Shown here: positions 36,008 to 44,527 of the stretch, one piece after another | Layout of the letters: each line of letters opens with the position of its first letter | Position numbering within the stretch: the stretch's first letter is position 1 | DNA from: Methanotrichaceae archaeon | GTDB lineage: Archaea > Halobacteriota > Methanosarcinia > Methanotrichales > Methanotrichaceae | Direction of reading: 5' to 3' | Length of the DNA: 64,000 bases | Assembly: GCA_963748825.1 (NCBI GenBank) | Contig: CAVVKN010000004.1 | Span: forward strand, 64,001-128,000 | Position numbers and translations under genes: made by a program | The notes under the pieces: model-generated | Seen by the model: the letters and a program-made list of their open reading frames with translations, nothing else | The model's database searches: none | Told to the model about the DNA's origin: nothing

Positions 36008-36978
36008 TAATATTCGGTCTGGAAGGGACGGCCTGGAACCTTAGCGCCGCCCTGGTGGACGAGCAGGGTGTGATCTATGAGAAGAGCGCCACCTACACCC
36101 CGGCCAAAGGCGGCATCCACCCTCGCGAGGCGGCGCAGCATCATGCAGAGTACATGGCCAAGGTAGTGGGAGAGGTGCTGGCTCACTCTCGCGAGCAGGG
36201 CTTGAAGATCGATGCCATCGCCTTCTCCCAGGGTCCGGGACTGGGGCCGTGCCTGCGCACCGTGGCTACCGCGGCGCGCACCCTCTCTCTGCGCTTTGCC
36301 GTACCCCTGGTGGGAGTCAATCACTGCGTGGCGCACATTGAAGTAGGCAAATGGCAATCAGGGGCGCGTGACCCTGCGGTCATTTACGTGAGCGGGGCCA
36401 ACTCGCAGGTGCTGGCACTGCGCCAGGGCCACTATAGAATTTTTGGCGAGACCCTGGACATCAGCGTGGGAAATGCCATAGACAAGTTCGCCCGCTCCGT
36501 GGGCCTCGCCCACCCCGGCGGGCCCAAGGTGGAGGAGCTGGCCCGCGAAGCGAAGCAGTACATCCCCCTGCCCTACACCGTGAAGGGCATGGACCTCTCC
36601 TTCTCCGGCCTGTCCACAGCGGCCACTGAGGCAGCCAAGAAGCATGATCTGGCCGATGTCTGCTACAGCCTGCAGGAGACTGCCTTTGCCATGCTGGTGG
36701 AGGTCACAGAGCGGGCCATGGCCCATGCCGAGAAGAAGGAGGCCATGCTGGTAGGAGGCGTGGGCGCGAACAAGCGCCTTGGCGAGATGCTCAATATCAT
36801 GTGCGAGGAGAGAGGTGCCAGGTTCTTTTTGCCGCCGCGAAAATTCATGGGCGACAACGGCAGCATGATCGCCTACACTGGCCTGATCATGCTAAAAAGC
36901 GGGGCGACAACGCCGATCGCGGAGTCGAAGGTGCGACCGGGGTACAGGACGGACGATGTGGCGGTGACGTGGGCGTGA
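36004..36978 (+). CDS. kae1: tRNA t6A synthase Kae1 (KEOPS)
   Basis: GLEGTAW, GGIHPREAAQHH, GPGLGPCL, VNHCVAHIE, GETLDI and DNGSMIAY; ATGA overlap with the purD stop. Confidence 0.95.
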   Translation: MIIFGLEGTAWNLSAALVDEQGVIYEKSATYTPAKGGIHPREAAQHHAEYMAKVVGEVLAHSREQGLKIDAIAFSQGPGLGPCLRTVATAARTLSLRFAVPLVGVNHCVAHIEVGKWQSGARDPAVIYVSGANSQVLALRQGHYRIFGETLDISVGNAIDKFARSVGLAHPGGPKVEELAREAKQYIPLPYTVKGMDLSFSGLSTAATEAAKKHDLADVCYSLQETAFAMLVEVTERAMAHAEKKEAMLVGGVGANKRLGEMLNIMCEERGARFFLPPRKFMGDNGSMIAYTGLIMLKSGATTPIAESKVRPGYRTDDVAVTWA

Positions 36979-37147
36979 ATGCGGCGCGCCCAAGGCCAAA
37001 AAAATCCTGTTTCTTCACCCCACCTATAATCAGCCATGACCGATGTCAACGGTCCATAGAATTCGGTTTCTGCAAACGATCGCCCTTCCGAGCACGTTAT
37101 ATTTATCAGCAGTATTGATTATAGATTCGTTTGTCTGTAATTGTATG

Positions 37148-37410
37148 ATGCAGAAAAACGGAGGGGGTCATATATCCTCGCGAAAAGTTCGTGCCATTCT
37201 CGACCTTGTGAGAATAGATCTCGTATTCGGCGCAGGGATATTTGTCGTAGCCGGCGAGATTTTTGGGCTTGGTGAATTACCTCCATTCAACCAGGCGCCT
37301 CCAGGCTTATTCTGAGCAATACGATAGAAGAAGGGCGGGTTCAGATTCGCCGACTGTACCTGACCTGGGGCATGTTTGTTGTCATATTCATATTTGCCAA
37401 CCTCATTTGA
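37148..37410 (+). pseudogene. Internally deleted UbiA-family prenyltransferase remnant
   Basis: N-terminus KVRAILDLVRIDLVFGAGIFVVAGEI stops at 37315; an out-of-frame C-terminal piece EEGRVQIRRLYLTWGMFVVIFIFANLI* follows directly. Confidence 0.55.
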
Positions 37411-37456
37411 CTGCAAACCGGATCAGTCTCGTCCATTTGCTCTGGTGCCCTGAGAT

Positions 37457-37912
37457 TCACATAGCCGCGTAGCTGAAATTGACCGCGGGATCGATCAGCC
37501 CAAATCCCTGCACATCCAGCACAATTGAGCCGTTGTAAGCGGTGGAGAGAAGCTCCAGTCCCTCTGTGCAGTTGATCTCCTGGAAGGCAAAGCCTCCCGA
37601 GACAAAGAATACGGCATGATACTCGTCAAAGTCGCCACTGGCGGGAAACGACAGCCTCCAGCCAGCGCCGTCTTTCTCGACCAGAGAATCACAAACCGCG
37701 TAAAGCTGGCCGTTATCCTCGTAGATTTTATCCGAGGTGTTCAGGAAGGCAAGACCAGAGATGTCGTCCACATTGCCCACGACCAATGCTTTCCCAGGAG
37801 TGCCATCCACATAGATATTTAAAAAGAGCTGCCCGCTATCGCCCAGGGCAGTCGACGAAAAGAGGATAAGCAATGCCATAGCCACCCTAGCCGTCTTTTG
37901 GGATGCCATCAA
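37457..37912 (-). CDS. Secreted protein, stand-alone paralogue of the extracellular domain of the regulator at 39745-40974
   Basis: Signal peptide; colinear shared motifs LNxYxD..GKALVxG..D.SGLAFL, QLYA, W.LSF...G.FD.Y, EIN...GL and DVQG....DP. Confidence 0.85.
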   Translation of the reverse strand: MMASQKTARVAMALLILFSSTALGDSGQLFLNIYVDGTPGKALVVGNVDDISGLAFLNTSDKIYEDNGQLYAVCDSLVEKDGAGWRLSFPASGDFDEYHAVFFVSGGFAFQEINCTEGLELLSTAYNGSIVLDVQGFGLIDPAVNFSYAAM

Positions 37913-37951
37913 AGCACCTCTAAAAGAGCGAGATGATAGGAAGCTATCTAC

Positions 37952-38635
37952 TCATCTCCTCATCATCATTTTATTTTCGCCATGCCGGGGTGGCTCCATG
38001 TCAAGCAGCAGAGAGTACATGGCCGCAAGCGGTCCCTGCTCGATACGAAGCTCGCCCTTTCCGATCATGCCCCCGTCTGAGGGAGAAATGATCATAGAGA
38101 TGCTGCCCAAGATAGATGTATCATTGGCGGTAGATAGCGGCCCCAAATCGGCCAGATCGGCCTTCAAGGCGGTCGAATTATTGCCGGAAGCAGATATGGC
38201 TATGTTGATGAGAGGATAGATGCTGCGATCCAGAATCATGCTGCCACGATTAGTCTTCTCACCCTCTTTTGCCCGGATGTCATTCCTGATCTCCTCCAGA
38301 CTCTTGTTGGAGGCCAGAAGACCTCGGATCTGGTCGGGCTCCAACGGCATGATGGTCTCAACCTTCAGCCGGATGATATGAGACTCATTGCCTAATATTG
38401 CAAAACCATGACCACTAAACAGGACCGCCACGGGAACGCCCATGGGAAAGCCCGCATTTTGGAGGGGAATCATCTCCCCGTTCCGCAGACACATCCCCTC
38501 ACAGGGCTCATCTATCTTCTGGTCGTCATTGGGCTCGGCTAGAGACATGCCGGACAGACCGATAAAGAGCAAACTCGCCAGCCCCATACATAAAATTCTT
38601 TTCATCATCAAAATTCGCCTGCCCAAACGGCCCAA
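37952..38635 (-). CDS. Secreted hypothetical protein
   Basis: Signal peptide MKRILCMGLASLLFIGLSGMSLA; beta-rich mature region; Met-rich C-terminus. Confidence 0.8.
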   Translation of the reverse strand: MGRLGRRILMMKRILCMGLASLLFIGLSGMSLAEPNDDQKIDEPCEGMCLRNGEMIPLQNAGFPMGVPVAVLFSGHGFAILGNESHIIRLKVETIMPLEPDQIRGLLASNKSLEEIRNDIRAKEGEKTNRGSMILDRSIYPLINIAISASGNNSTALKADLADLGPLSTANDTSILGSISMIISPSDGGMIGKGELRIEQGPLAAMYSLLLDMEPPRHGENKMMMRR

Positions 38636-38848
38636 CAGCTTTCCCCGAATTCACAATTCATTAGTTATAAGATTATTTCCAGGGCAAATCTTCGCGGCCC
38701 CAATACAGTAGCACTAATATAGAGAAGACGAGCCGGCATATCTAGGCCGGCCGCCTTTTTTTCCTTTGGCTGGGAGGGGACGCACCATCATCAATTTCGC
38801 AAATGGAGAAGGGCAAAAAAGCCCGGCAGCCACCAACGCTTGATTAAA

Positions 38849-39556
38849 TTAAGCCTTGCTATGGCGTCCGAAGCCTGCTACTCCTAAAATCTGGGCCATT
38901 TCCCGCATATTCTTATTCTCTTCCTTCAGTTGGTTCAGGGTCATGTTGTCTCTCTCCTGCACCTTCTTCTCCTGAAGCAGCTTGACTTCGGCAAGGGTCA
39001 TATTGTCCAGCTCCTGCATCTTCTTCTCGGAGAGATCTTTGATCTGATTGACAGTCATATTGCCCAAATCCTCTACAGTCAGATCATCTATAAGCAGCAT
39101 AATTGGAGAGGCTCTTGCCATGCCCTGAGGAGCTTTATCCCACCGACCGCTCTTTTCATCGTGGCCGTACATTGCGCCGCCCATGCGCCCGGACATACCA
39201 CCCTTTGAGCCGTCTCTCATATGATTGTCACCCATGCCCATTTCCCCCATGAACTTTCCTTTCATGCCGAGGGATTCATTGGCATTCCTTCCCCACAGAC
39301 TGCAGTTTTGTCCTGCCTCTTTAGCAGAGCAAGCGGTCGTATTATTCCAGGCCTGCTGCCGCATCTCCTTCAGCTCACCTAGAGTCATATTGCCCATCTC
39401 TTCAGCAGTCAGGTTATTCATCGGGGCAAACATTCCCCCATGTCCCAACCGGCCAGAGCCGTTATCCATTGGCATTGACAGGGCCGGTGCTGCAAAAAGG
39501 CAGACTGCAGCCAGAGCGATCAAAGCGATCTTTCCCGATATTTCCGCAAATTTCAT
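38849..39556 (-). CDS. Secreted Met/Gly-rich protein with repeated NMT(L/V)xxxK helical motifs
   Basis: Signal peptide; motifs GNMTLGELK, GNMTVNQIK, DNMTLAEVK and DNMTLNQLK; GAGGT RBS. Confidence 0.8.
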   Translation of the reverse strand: MKFAEISGKIALIALAAVCLFAAPALSMPMDNGSGRLGHGGMFAPMNNLTAEEMGNMTLGELKEMRQQAWNNTTACSAKEAGQNCSLWGRNANESLGMKGKFMGEMGMGDNHMRDGSKGGMSGRMGGAMYGHDEKSGRWDKAPQGMARASPIMLLIDDLTVEDLGNMTVNQIKDLSEKKMQELDNMTLAEVKLLQEKKVQERDNMTLNQLKEENKNMREMAQILGVAGFGRHSKA

Positions 39557-39744
39557 CTGTAATCAAACCTCTAATTCGTTATAATCCACAATCATTCCCA
39601 CTCATCATACCCGTTCATCAAACCGAGCAGCCATAAGCTTCAGCCGTCCGGCAAAATAACATACTCCTGAACGATACAAAAAGGAAGGGCCGAACGAACG
39701 ATTTAAAATTAGGATAGTCCGTCTGCAGGCCGGATAAAAAAGGT

Positions 39745-40974
39745 TCACAAACGTTCCTTTTTAGATAAAAACCAATCAGAAAGTTCGATTATATTGGTTC
39801 TGCCCCATTCCTTCTTGCTTACTAGTTTCCTGCGCTCCAGAGATATCAAAATTCCGGTTAAGGACGATTTAGGCGTTCCTGTCTCATACCGGATATCCGC
39901 CTGGGTCATTCTGCCACCATGGTCGATTAATGTGCTTATTACGGCTCGCTCTCGGGCAGTAAGGGTCTGCATGACCGCTTCCATCTCGGAGCTGACCACG
40001 ATGCCGTTTTTCATGGACGGCTCTTCAGGCAGTTTGCTCGCAGCCGGAATCTCCTGGTCTTTTGCAGATTCAGCTGAAAGTGGGCCCTGTGCCAGAATAT
40101 CGGCCGGATCGGCGGCCGGAGAAGACGAGGGCTCTATGCGGCCTGGCCCATTCACTGGGGGTGTTTGTGGTGCCCCGGAAAGAAATACACCATCATCGGC
40201 GGACGGCAAATCTAGCTGCCCCACCATATCAGTCTCCTCGGGCAGGGGAGCTGTCGCGATCTCTCTTGCCGCCTCATCCGCAATTGCTCCCACCACCGTA
40301 TTCTCAATTGAGCTTGCGGTTGGACTCGCCATTGAGCTGCGCTTCTTTCTCTGCAAGAAGACGGCAAAGCCAAAGCCTGCCACCAGGAGAGCGGCGGCAA
40401 TGAGAAGCATGATCAGAGCCGCACCCTCGCCCGGATAGCCCGGGGAAAGGGACGGTAGGCTGCTGCCGTTGGCCGCCAGGAGCTGCCGATACTGGATGGA
40501 GATACGGGGGTCAGAAACCTCATATCCTTGCACATCCGCCACCAGGGACTCATTGGACGCAGAGAGCAGATATCCCAGACCCTGCGAGGCGTTGATCTCC
40601 CCCAGGCTGGTCTCGCTAGGCAGGTAGAATGTGACGCGATAATCATCAAAGCTTCCTATGGCATCAAAGCTCAAAGTCCAGAGATCGCCCACCTTTGCCG
40701 TCAGCCCGTTAGTGAGGGCATAGAGCTGATGAGAATCGTTCTCGAACCGGAACTGTGAGTCTGCGAGGAAAGCTAGACCACTAACATCCTCGGCATAGCC
40801 AGTGACCAGAGCTTTGCCGGCGTTATCCAGGTAGACATTGAGAATCAGACTCTGCCCAAAGGTGGAATCGGATTCCTGGGCATGAGCCGACATAGCTAGA
40901 AGAACGGCTACAAAAAACAATGAAACTGCCATTTTCCTGTGCGCCATCCCGCCCCACTTGCCGCCGCCCTTCAT
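39745..40974 (-). CDS. Membrane-anchored one-component transcriptional regulator (extracellular domain, TM, linker, C-terminal winged HTH)
   Basis: Signal peptide; TM AALIMLLIAAALLVAGFGFAVFL then KKR; C-terminal LTARERAVI..LIDHGGRMTQADIRYETGTPKSSLTGILISLERRKLVSKKEWGRTNIIEL. Confidence 0.88.
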   Translation of the reverse strand: MKGGGKWGGMAHRKMAVSLFFVAVLLAMSAHAQESDSTFGQSLILNVYLDNAGKALVTGYAEDVSGLAFLADSQFRFENDSHQLYALTNGLTAKVGDLWTLSFDAIGSFDDYRVTFYLPSETSLGEINASQGLGYLLSASNESLVADVQGYEVSDPRISIQYRQLLAANGSSLPSLSPGYPGEGAALIMLLIAAALLVAGFGFAVFLQRKKRSSMASPTASSIENTVVGAIADEAAREIATAPLPEETDMVGQLDLPSADDGVFLSGAPQTPPVNGPGRIEPSSSPAADPADILAQGPLSAESAKDQEIPAASKLPEEPSMKNGIVVSSEMEAVMQTLTARERAVISTLIDHGGRMTQADIRYETGTPKSSLTGILISLERRKLVSKKEWGRTNIIELSDWFLSKKERL

Positions 40975-41044
40975 AACAAGATCGCCTTTGGCCTGAATCT
41001 ATTTAAATAACACTCAAAATTATCCGCCACGACGCCATTCCCTT

Positions 41045-42679
41045 TTACCAGGCCAGACTGGCCACCGGCATCCTCCAGCCGCTGCCAAAGGCCCGATCCG
41101 TCACCTTCAGTCCCGGCGCTGCCTGCCGCCTCTTGAATTCGGCACCCTTCACCAGACAGAGCACCCTTTCCACCATTGCTTTTTCAAACCCTTCGGCGAG
41201 CAGCTCCTCTTTTGACTGATGCCTCTCGATATATCTCTCCAGAATATCATCCAGCACCTCATAGGGAGGCAGGCTGTCCTGGTCGGTCTGGCCGAAACGA
41301 AGCTCAGCGGTGGGCGCTTTATGCAGGACCGCCGTTGGGATAATCTCTCTTCCCCGGGCGTTCAACCACTTAGCTATGCGATATACGGCAGTTTTAGGAA
41401 CATCGGAGATGACGGCCAGGCCCCCGGACATGTCTCCGTAAATGGTGCAGTAGCCCACGGCCAGCTCCGACTTGTTTCCCGTGGTGAGAAGCACCAGGCG
41501 AAACTTGTTGGAGAGAGCCATGAGAAGGTTTCCCCGGATGCGGGCCTGGATGTTCTCCTCCGTCACGTCCTTTGGCTGACCCTGGAAGGGCTTGGCCAGC
41601 CCCCGGTCAAAGGACTTCATGATATCGGAGATGTTCATAGCGATCGTCTTAATTCCCAGGTTTTGCGCCAGAGCGCATGCATCCACAATGCTGGTCATTC
41701 TGGTGTAAGGAGAAGACATGAGCACGCCCAGGACGTTCTCCGGGCCGAGAGCATAAGCGGCTATGGCCGCCACAAGGCTTGAGTCTATGCCACCGGAAAG
41801 GCCCAGCAAAACCCCGGAAAAGCCGCACTTGTGCACGTAGTCGCGCGTGCCCAAAACAAGAGCCCGCCAGATCTCAGACTCGGGAGTGAAATCGTCCTCT
41901 GCGATCGCCGCTTCCCCGCAGGCTGGGTCCGCAATTATCAGATCCGGCTCAAAGCCCTGAGCGCGGGCCACAAGCCGGCCCTCTTTGTCGAAGACACAGC
42001 TTCGGCCATCGAAGACCAGATCGTCGTTGCCGCCTACCTGATTGATGTAGAAAAAGGGAACACGGTACTTTTTAGCCAGGCCGGAAAGCATGGCCTCGCG
42101 GTGTTTTTGCTTGCCGGCTGTGAAGGGCGAGGCGGAGAGGTTGATAATAGCATTCGCTCCCGCTGCCACCAGCTCCTGCACGGGATCTGTGTGGTAGCGA
42201 CGGCGCTTCCAAAAGTCGCGATCGTTCCAGATATCCTCGCAGATGGAAATACCCAGGACCTCCTTCCCCAACTCCAGGATCTGTGGCTCTGCTGCTGGCT
42301 CGAAGTAACGGTCCTCGTCAAATACATCGTAAGTGGGGAGCAGCGTTTTTTTAAAGGTCCTCTCCACCCGGCCACTACGAAGAAGGGCGGCAGAGTTGAA
42401 GAGAGGGCGGCCCACCTCACCCGGGTTTGGCTCGGCCAGGCCCACCAGAAGAGGCGAGAGATCAGCAAGCTCTTCGGCCAGGTGGCGCAGGACGGCCCAA
42501 CTGCGCTCTACAAAATCGGCATTGAGGAGCAGGTCGCGGGGCGGGTAGCCTAGCAGAGCCAGCTCGGAGGTGACGGCTAAGTCGGCACCTTTCGCGCGGC
42601 GGGCTGCGCTGGCGATGAGCGCGGCGTTGCCCTGGAGATCTCCGACGATAGGATTGAGCTGCAAGAGGGCTATTTTCAT
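41045..42679 (-). CDS. nadE: Glutamine-dependent NAD+ synthetase
   Basis: Nitrilase domain (LPTYDVFDEDRYF, ICEDIW) plus LGLSGGIDS, ENIQARIRG, TGNKSE and EFKRRQAAPG. Confidence 0.96.
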   Translation of the reverse strand: MKIALLQLNPIVGDLQGNAALIASAARRAKGADLAVTSELALLGYPPRDLLLNADFVERSWAVLRHLAEELADLSPLLVGLAEPNPGEVGRPLFNSAALLRSGRVERTFKKTLLPTYDVFDEDRYFEPAAEPQILELGKEVLGISICEDIWNDRDFWKRRRYHTDPVQELVAAGANAIINLSASPFTAGKQKHREAMLSGLAKKYRVPFFYINQVGGNDDLVFDGRSCVFDKEGRLVARAQGFEPDLIIADPACGEAAIAEDDFTPESEIWRALVLGTRDYVHKCGFSGVLLGLSGGIDSSLVAAIAAYALGPENVLGVLMSSPYTRMTSIVDACALAQNLGIKTIAMNISDIMKSFDRGLAKPFQGQPKDVTEENIQARIRGNLLMALSNKFRLVLLTTGNKSELAVGYCTIYGDMSGGLAVISDVPKTAVYRIAKWLNARGREIIPTAVLHKAPTAELRFGQTDQDSLPPYEVLDDILERYIERHQSKEELLAEGFEKAMVERVLCLVKGAEFKRRQAAPGLKVTDRAFGSGWRMPVASLAW

Positions 42680-42978
42680 AGAAGTGCTGGGATGGATGTC
42701 TGGACGGCATTAATCTCTTTCGTTTCCTTTTGCAGGCGAGAAAAATATGCGCATAATTCAGGGCAATAGAATACCAACCTAAAAACCATTAAATGATCAA
42801 TTGTCGAATATGGAACGCTTAAAACCAGATTTGATCGAATCGGAACCATTTATGAACTTCGACATTTACCGTAAGAATTAAATATCGTTCAGGCAGGGTG
42901 GTCTTCGTGAGAGCGGCTCAACTGGGCCGATCTCGATGATGATCTAATTGGACTTGAAGCCAAGTGGAGGTTAGTAAA

Positions 42979-43293
42979 ATGAGATACATGAAATTGTTCG
43001 CTTCATTGGCAGTATTATGCCTTCTAGCAGGTCTTGCCCTGGCAGCACAAAATGGAAATGGTCCAACTGCCTGCACAGGAGCCTGCAATGGGAACAGCAT
43101 CAAGAACTGCGAGAATCAGGGTGCCTGCAATCAGCAAAATTGCCAGGTAGGAGAGCCCTGCCAGGGCCAGAATTGTAATAAGGCTGGACCTCAGGATGGA
43201 ACCGGCAGCCAGAACGGAAACAGTCAGAATGGTAACGCTCAGGGACCCCAGGATGGAACCGGACCTCTGAGAGACGGCAGCTGCCGGAAGTAA
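42979..43293 (+). CDS. Small secreted Cys/Gln/Asn/Gly-rich protein with GPQDGTG repeats
   Basis: GGAGGT RBS; signal peptide; 8 Cys in the mature part; hairpin and T-tract downstream. Confidence 0.8.
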   Translation: MRYMKLFASLAVLCLLAGLALAAQNGNGPTACTGACNGNSIKNCENQGACNQQNCQVGEPCQGQNCNKAGPQDGTGSQNGNSQNGNAQGPQDGTGPLRDGSCRK

Positions 43294-43553
43294 ACCGACT
43301 ATAGAGCATCCATCAGGGATTCGTTTCCCTGTTTCCCTGATACTTTTTATCTTTATATTTTACATATTAATATTGAAAATTAACCACACCTTAGTCAACA
43401 ATTATCTTGCTTTCCCACGTCACCCCAAAGCGAGGTTGGAAAGACATAATCAGCTACCTTTTTACCTCTGCGCGCCCCCATAGTCTCTGGCGCAATGATG
43501 ATCTGGCCTGTCTGATTTCATGATGAGGATATTGAGTTCTGAGCGCCATAAAC

Positions 43554-44525
43554 CTAAAGATCCCGGCCCGGTATAAGATCGCAGCCCGTGCAGCGATAGC
43601 AGCCCGTCAGGGCAGCGCCCCCGTCCAGACCATTCTTCTCCAGCGCCCCCTTCAGGTAGCGCGCCAGATCCAGCAGCCGCTTTGCCGAAGGCCGCTGCAT
43701 CTGCACCTCGCCGACTCGCCGCGGATGAGGAAAGACGGCCCGCAAGACCGGGATGATGCCCCTCTCCGTCAGCTCATCGATGCTCTTGCGCAGGGTCTCA
43801 TCGGACTCGCCCAGGCCCACGATGATATTAGTAAAGACCCGGTTCTTGCCGAAGAAGCCCACCGCATCCAGCAGGGCATCCATGATCTCCTGATAGGATA
43901 TGCCCGGGCAGACCTTCGAGAAGAGCTCAGGGTCCACGCACTCCAGGTTGTATTTGACCTCATCCGCCCCGGCATCTTTGAGAATTTGATTCACGCCAGG
44001 AAAAGGGCTGATGGAAACGCCCACAGGGACACGAAAACGCTTTAGATCCCTGACAATCCCGGCCACTCGCTCGGCTTCCGCCTGAGGCGAGACCTCCACC
44101 CCGCTGGTCAGGGAGATGGCGCGCAGGCTGCCCTTCCGGGCGGCCTCCTCTACCATCTGCAAGACCATCTGCCCGGTTTTTATGCCCCCTTGCAGTTTGG
44201 GCACGGCGCAGAATTTGCAGTCGTAGATGCAGCGCTCCGAGACCGTGATGTAGGCCTGCTCCGGGCAGTGCAAGAGCTGCTCTACCAGCCGACCGCGGGC
44301 GATCTCCCGACCGTCCTTTAAAATGGCCACGCCCTCTGCACGGCTCTCCAGGCATAGGGGCGAGCTTTCTGCCACAGAGAGTCGGGCTATGTGCGGCCCG
44401 GACTGGAAAAAAACGGACTGTCCGCCCGCACCCGGACCCGCCGTAGAGGCCCGCCCGCCCGCGCGTGGCTCCGCCACCTGCACTGTTCCCACGGAAAGGA
44501 GAAGCGCCTTGGTCTCAAGATCCAT
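43554..44525 (-). CDS. Radical SAM protein (archaeal biotin-synthase-like family)
   Basis: CIYDCKFC motif; HCPEQAY; C-terminal GCYRCTGCD. Confidence 0.9.
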   Translation of the reverse strand: MDLETKALLLSVGTVQVAEPRAGGRASTAGPGAGGQSVFFQSGPHIARLSVAESSPLCLESRAEGVAILKDGREIARGRLVEQLLHCPEQAYITVSERCIYDCKFCAVPKLQGGIKTGQMVLQMVEEAARKGSLRAISLTSGVEVSPQAEAERVAGIVRDLKRFRVPVGVSISPFPGVNQILKDAGADEVKYNLECVDPELFSKVCPGISYQEIMDALLDAVGFFGKNRVFTNIIVGLGESDETLRKSIDELTERGIIPVLRAVFPHPRRVGEVQMQRPSAKRLLDLARYLKGALEKNGLDGGAALTGCYRCTGCDLIPGRDL

Positions 44526-44527
44526 GG

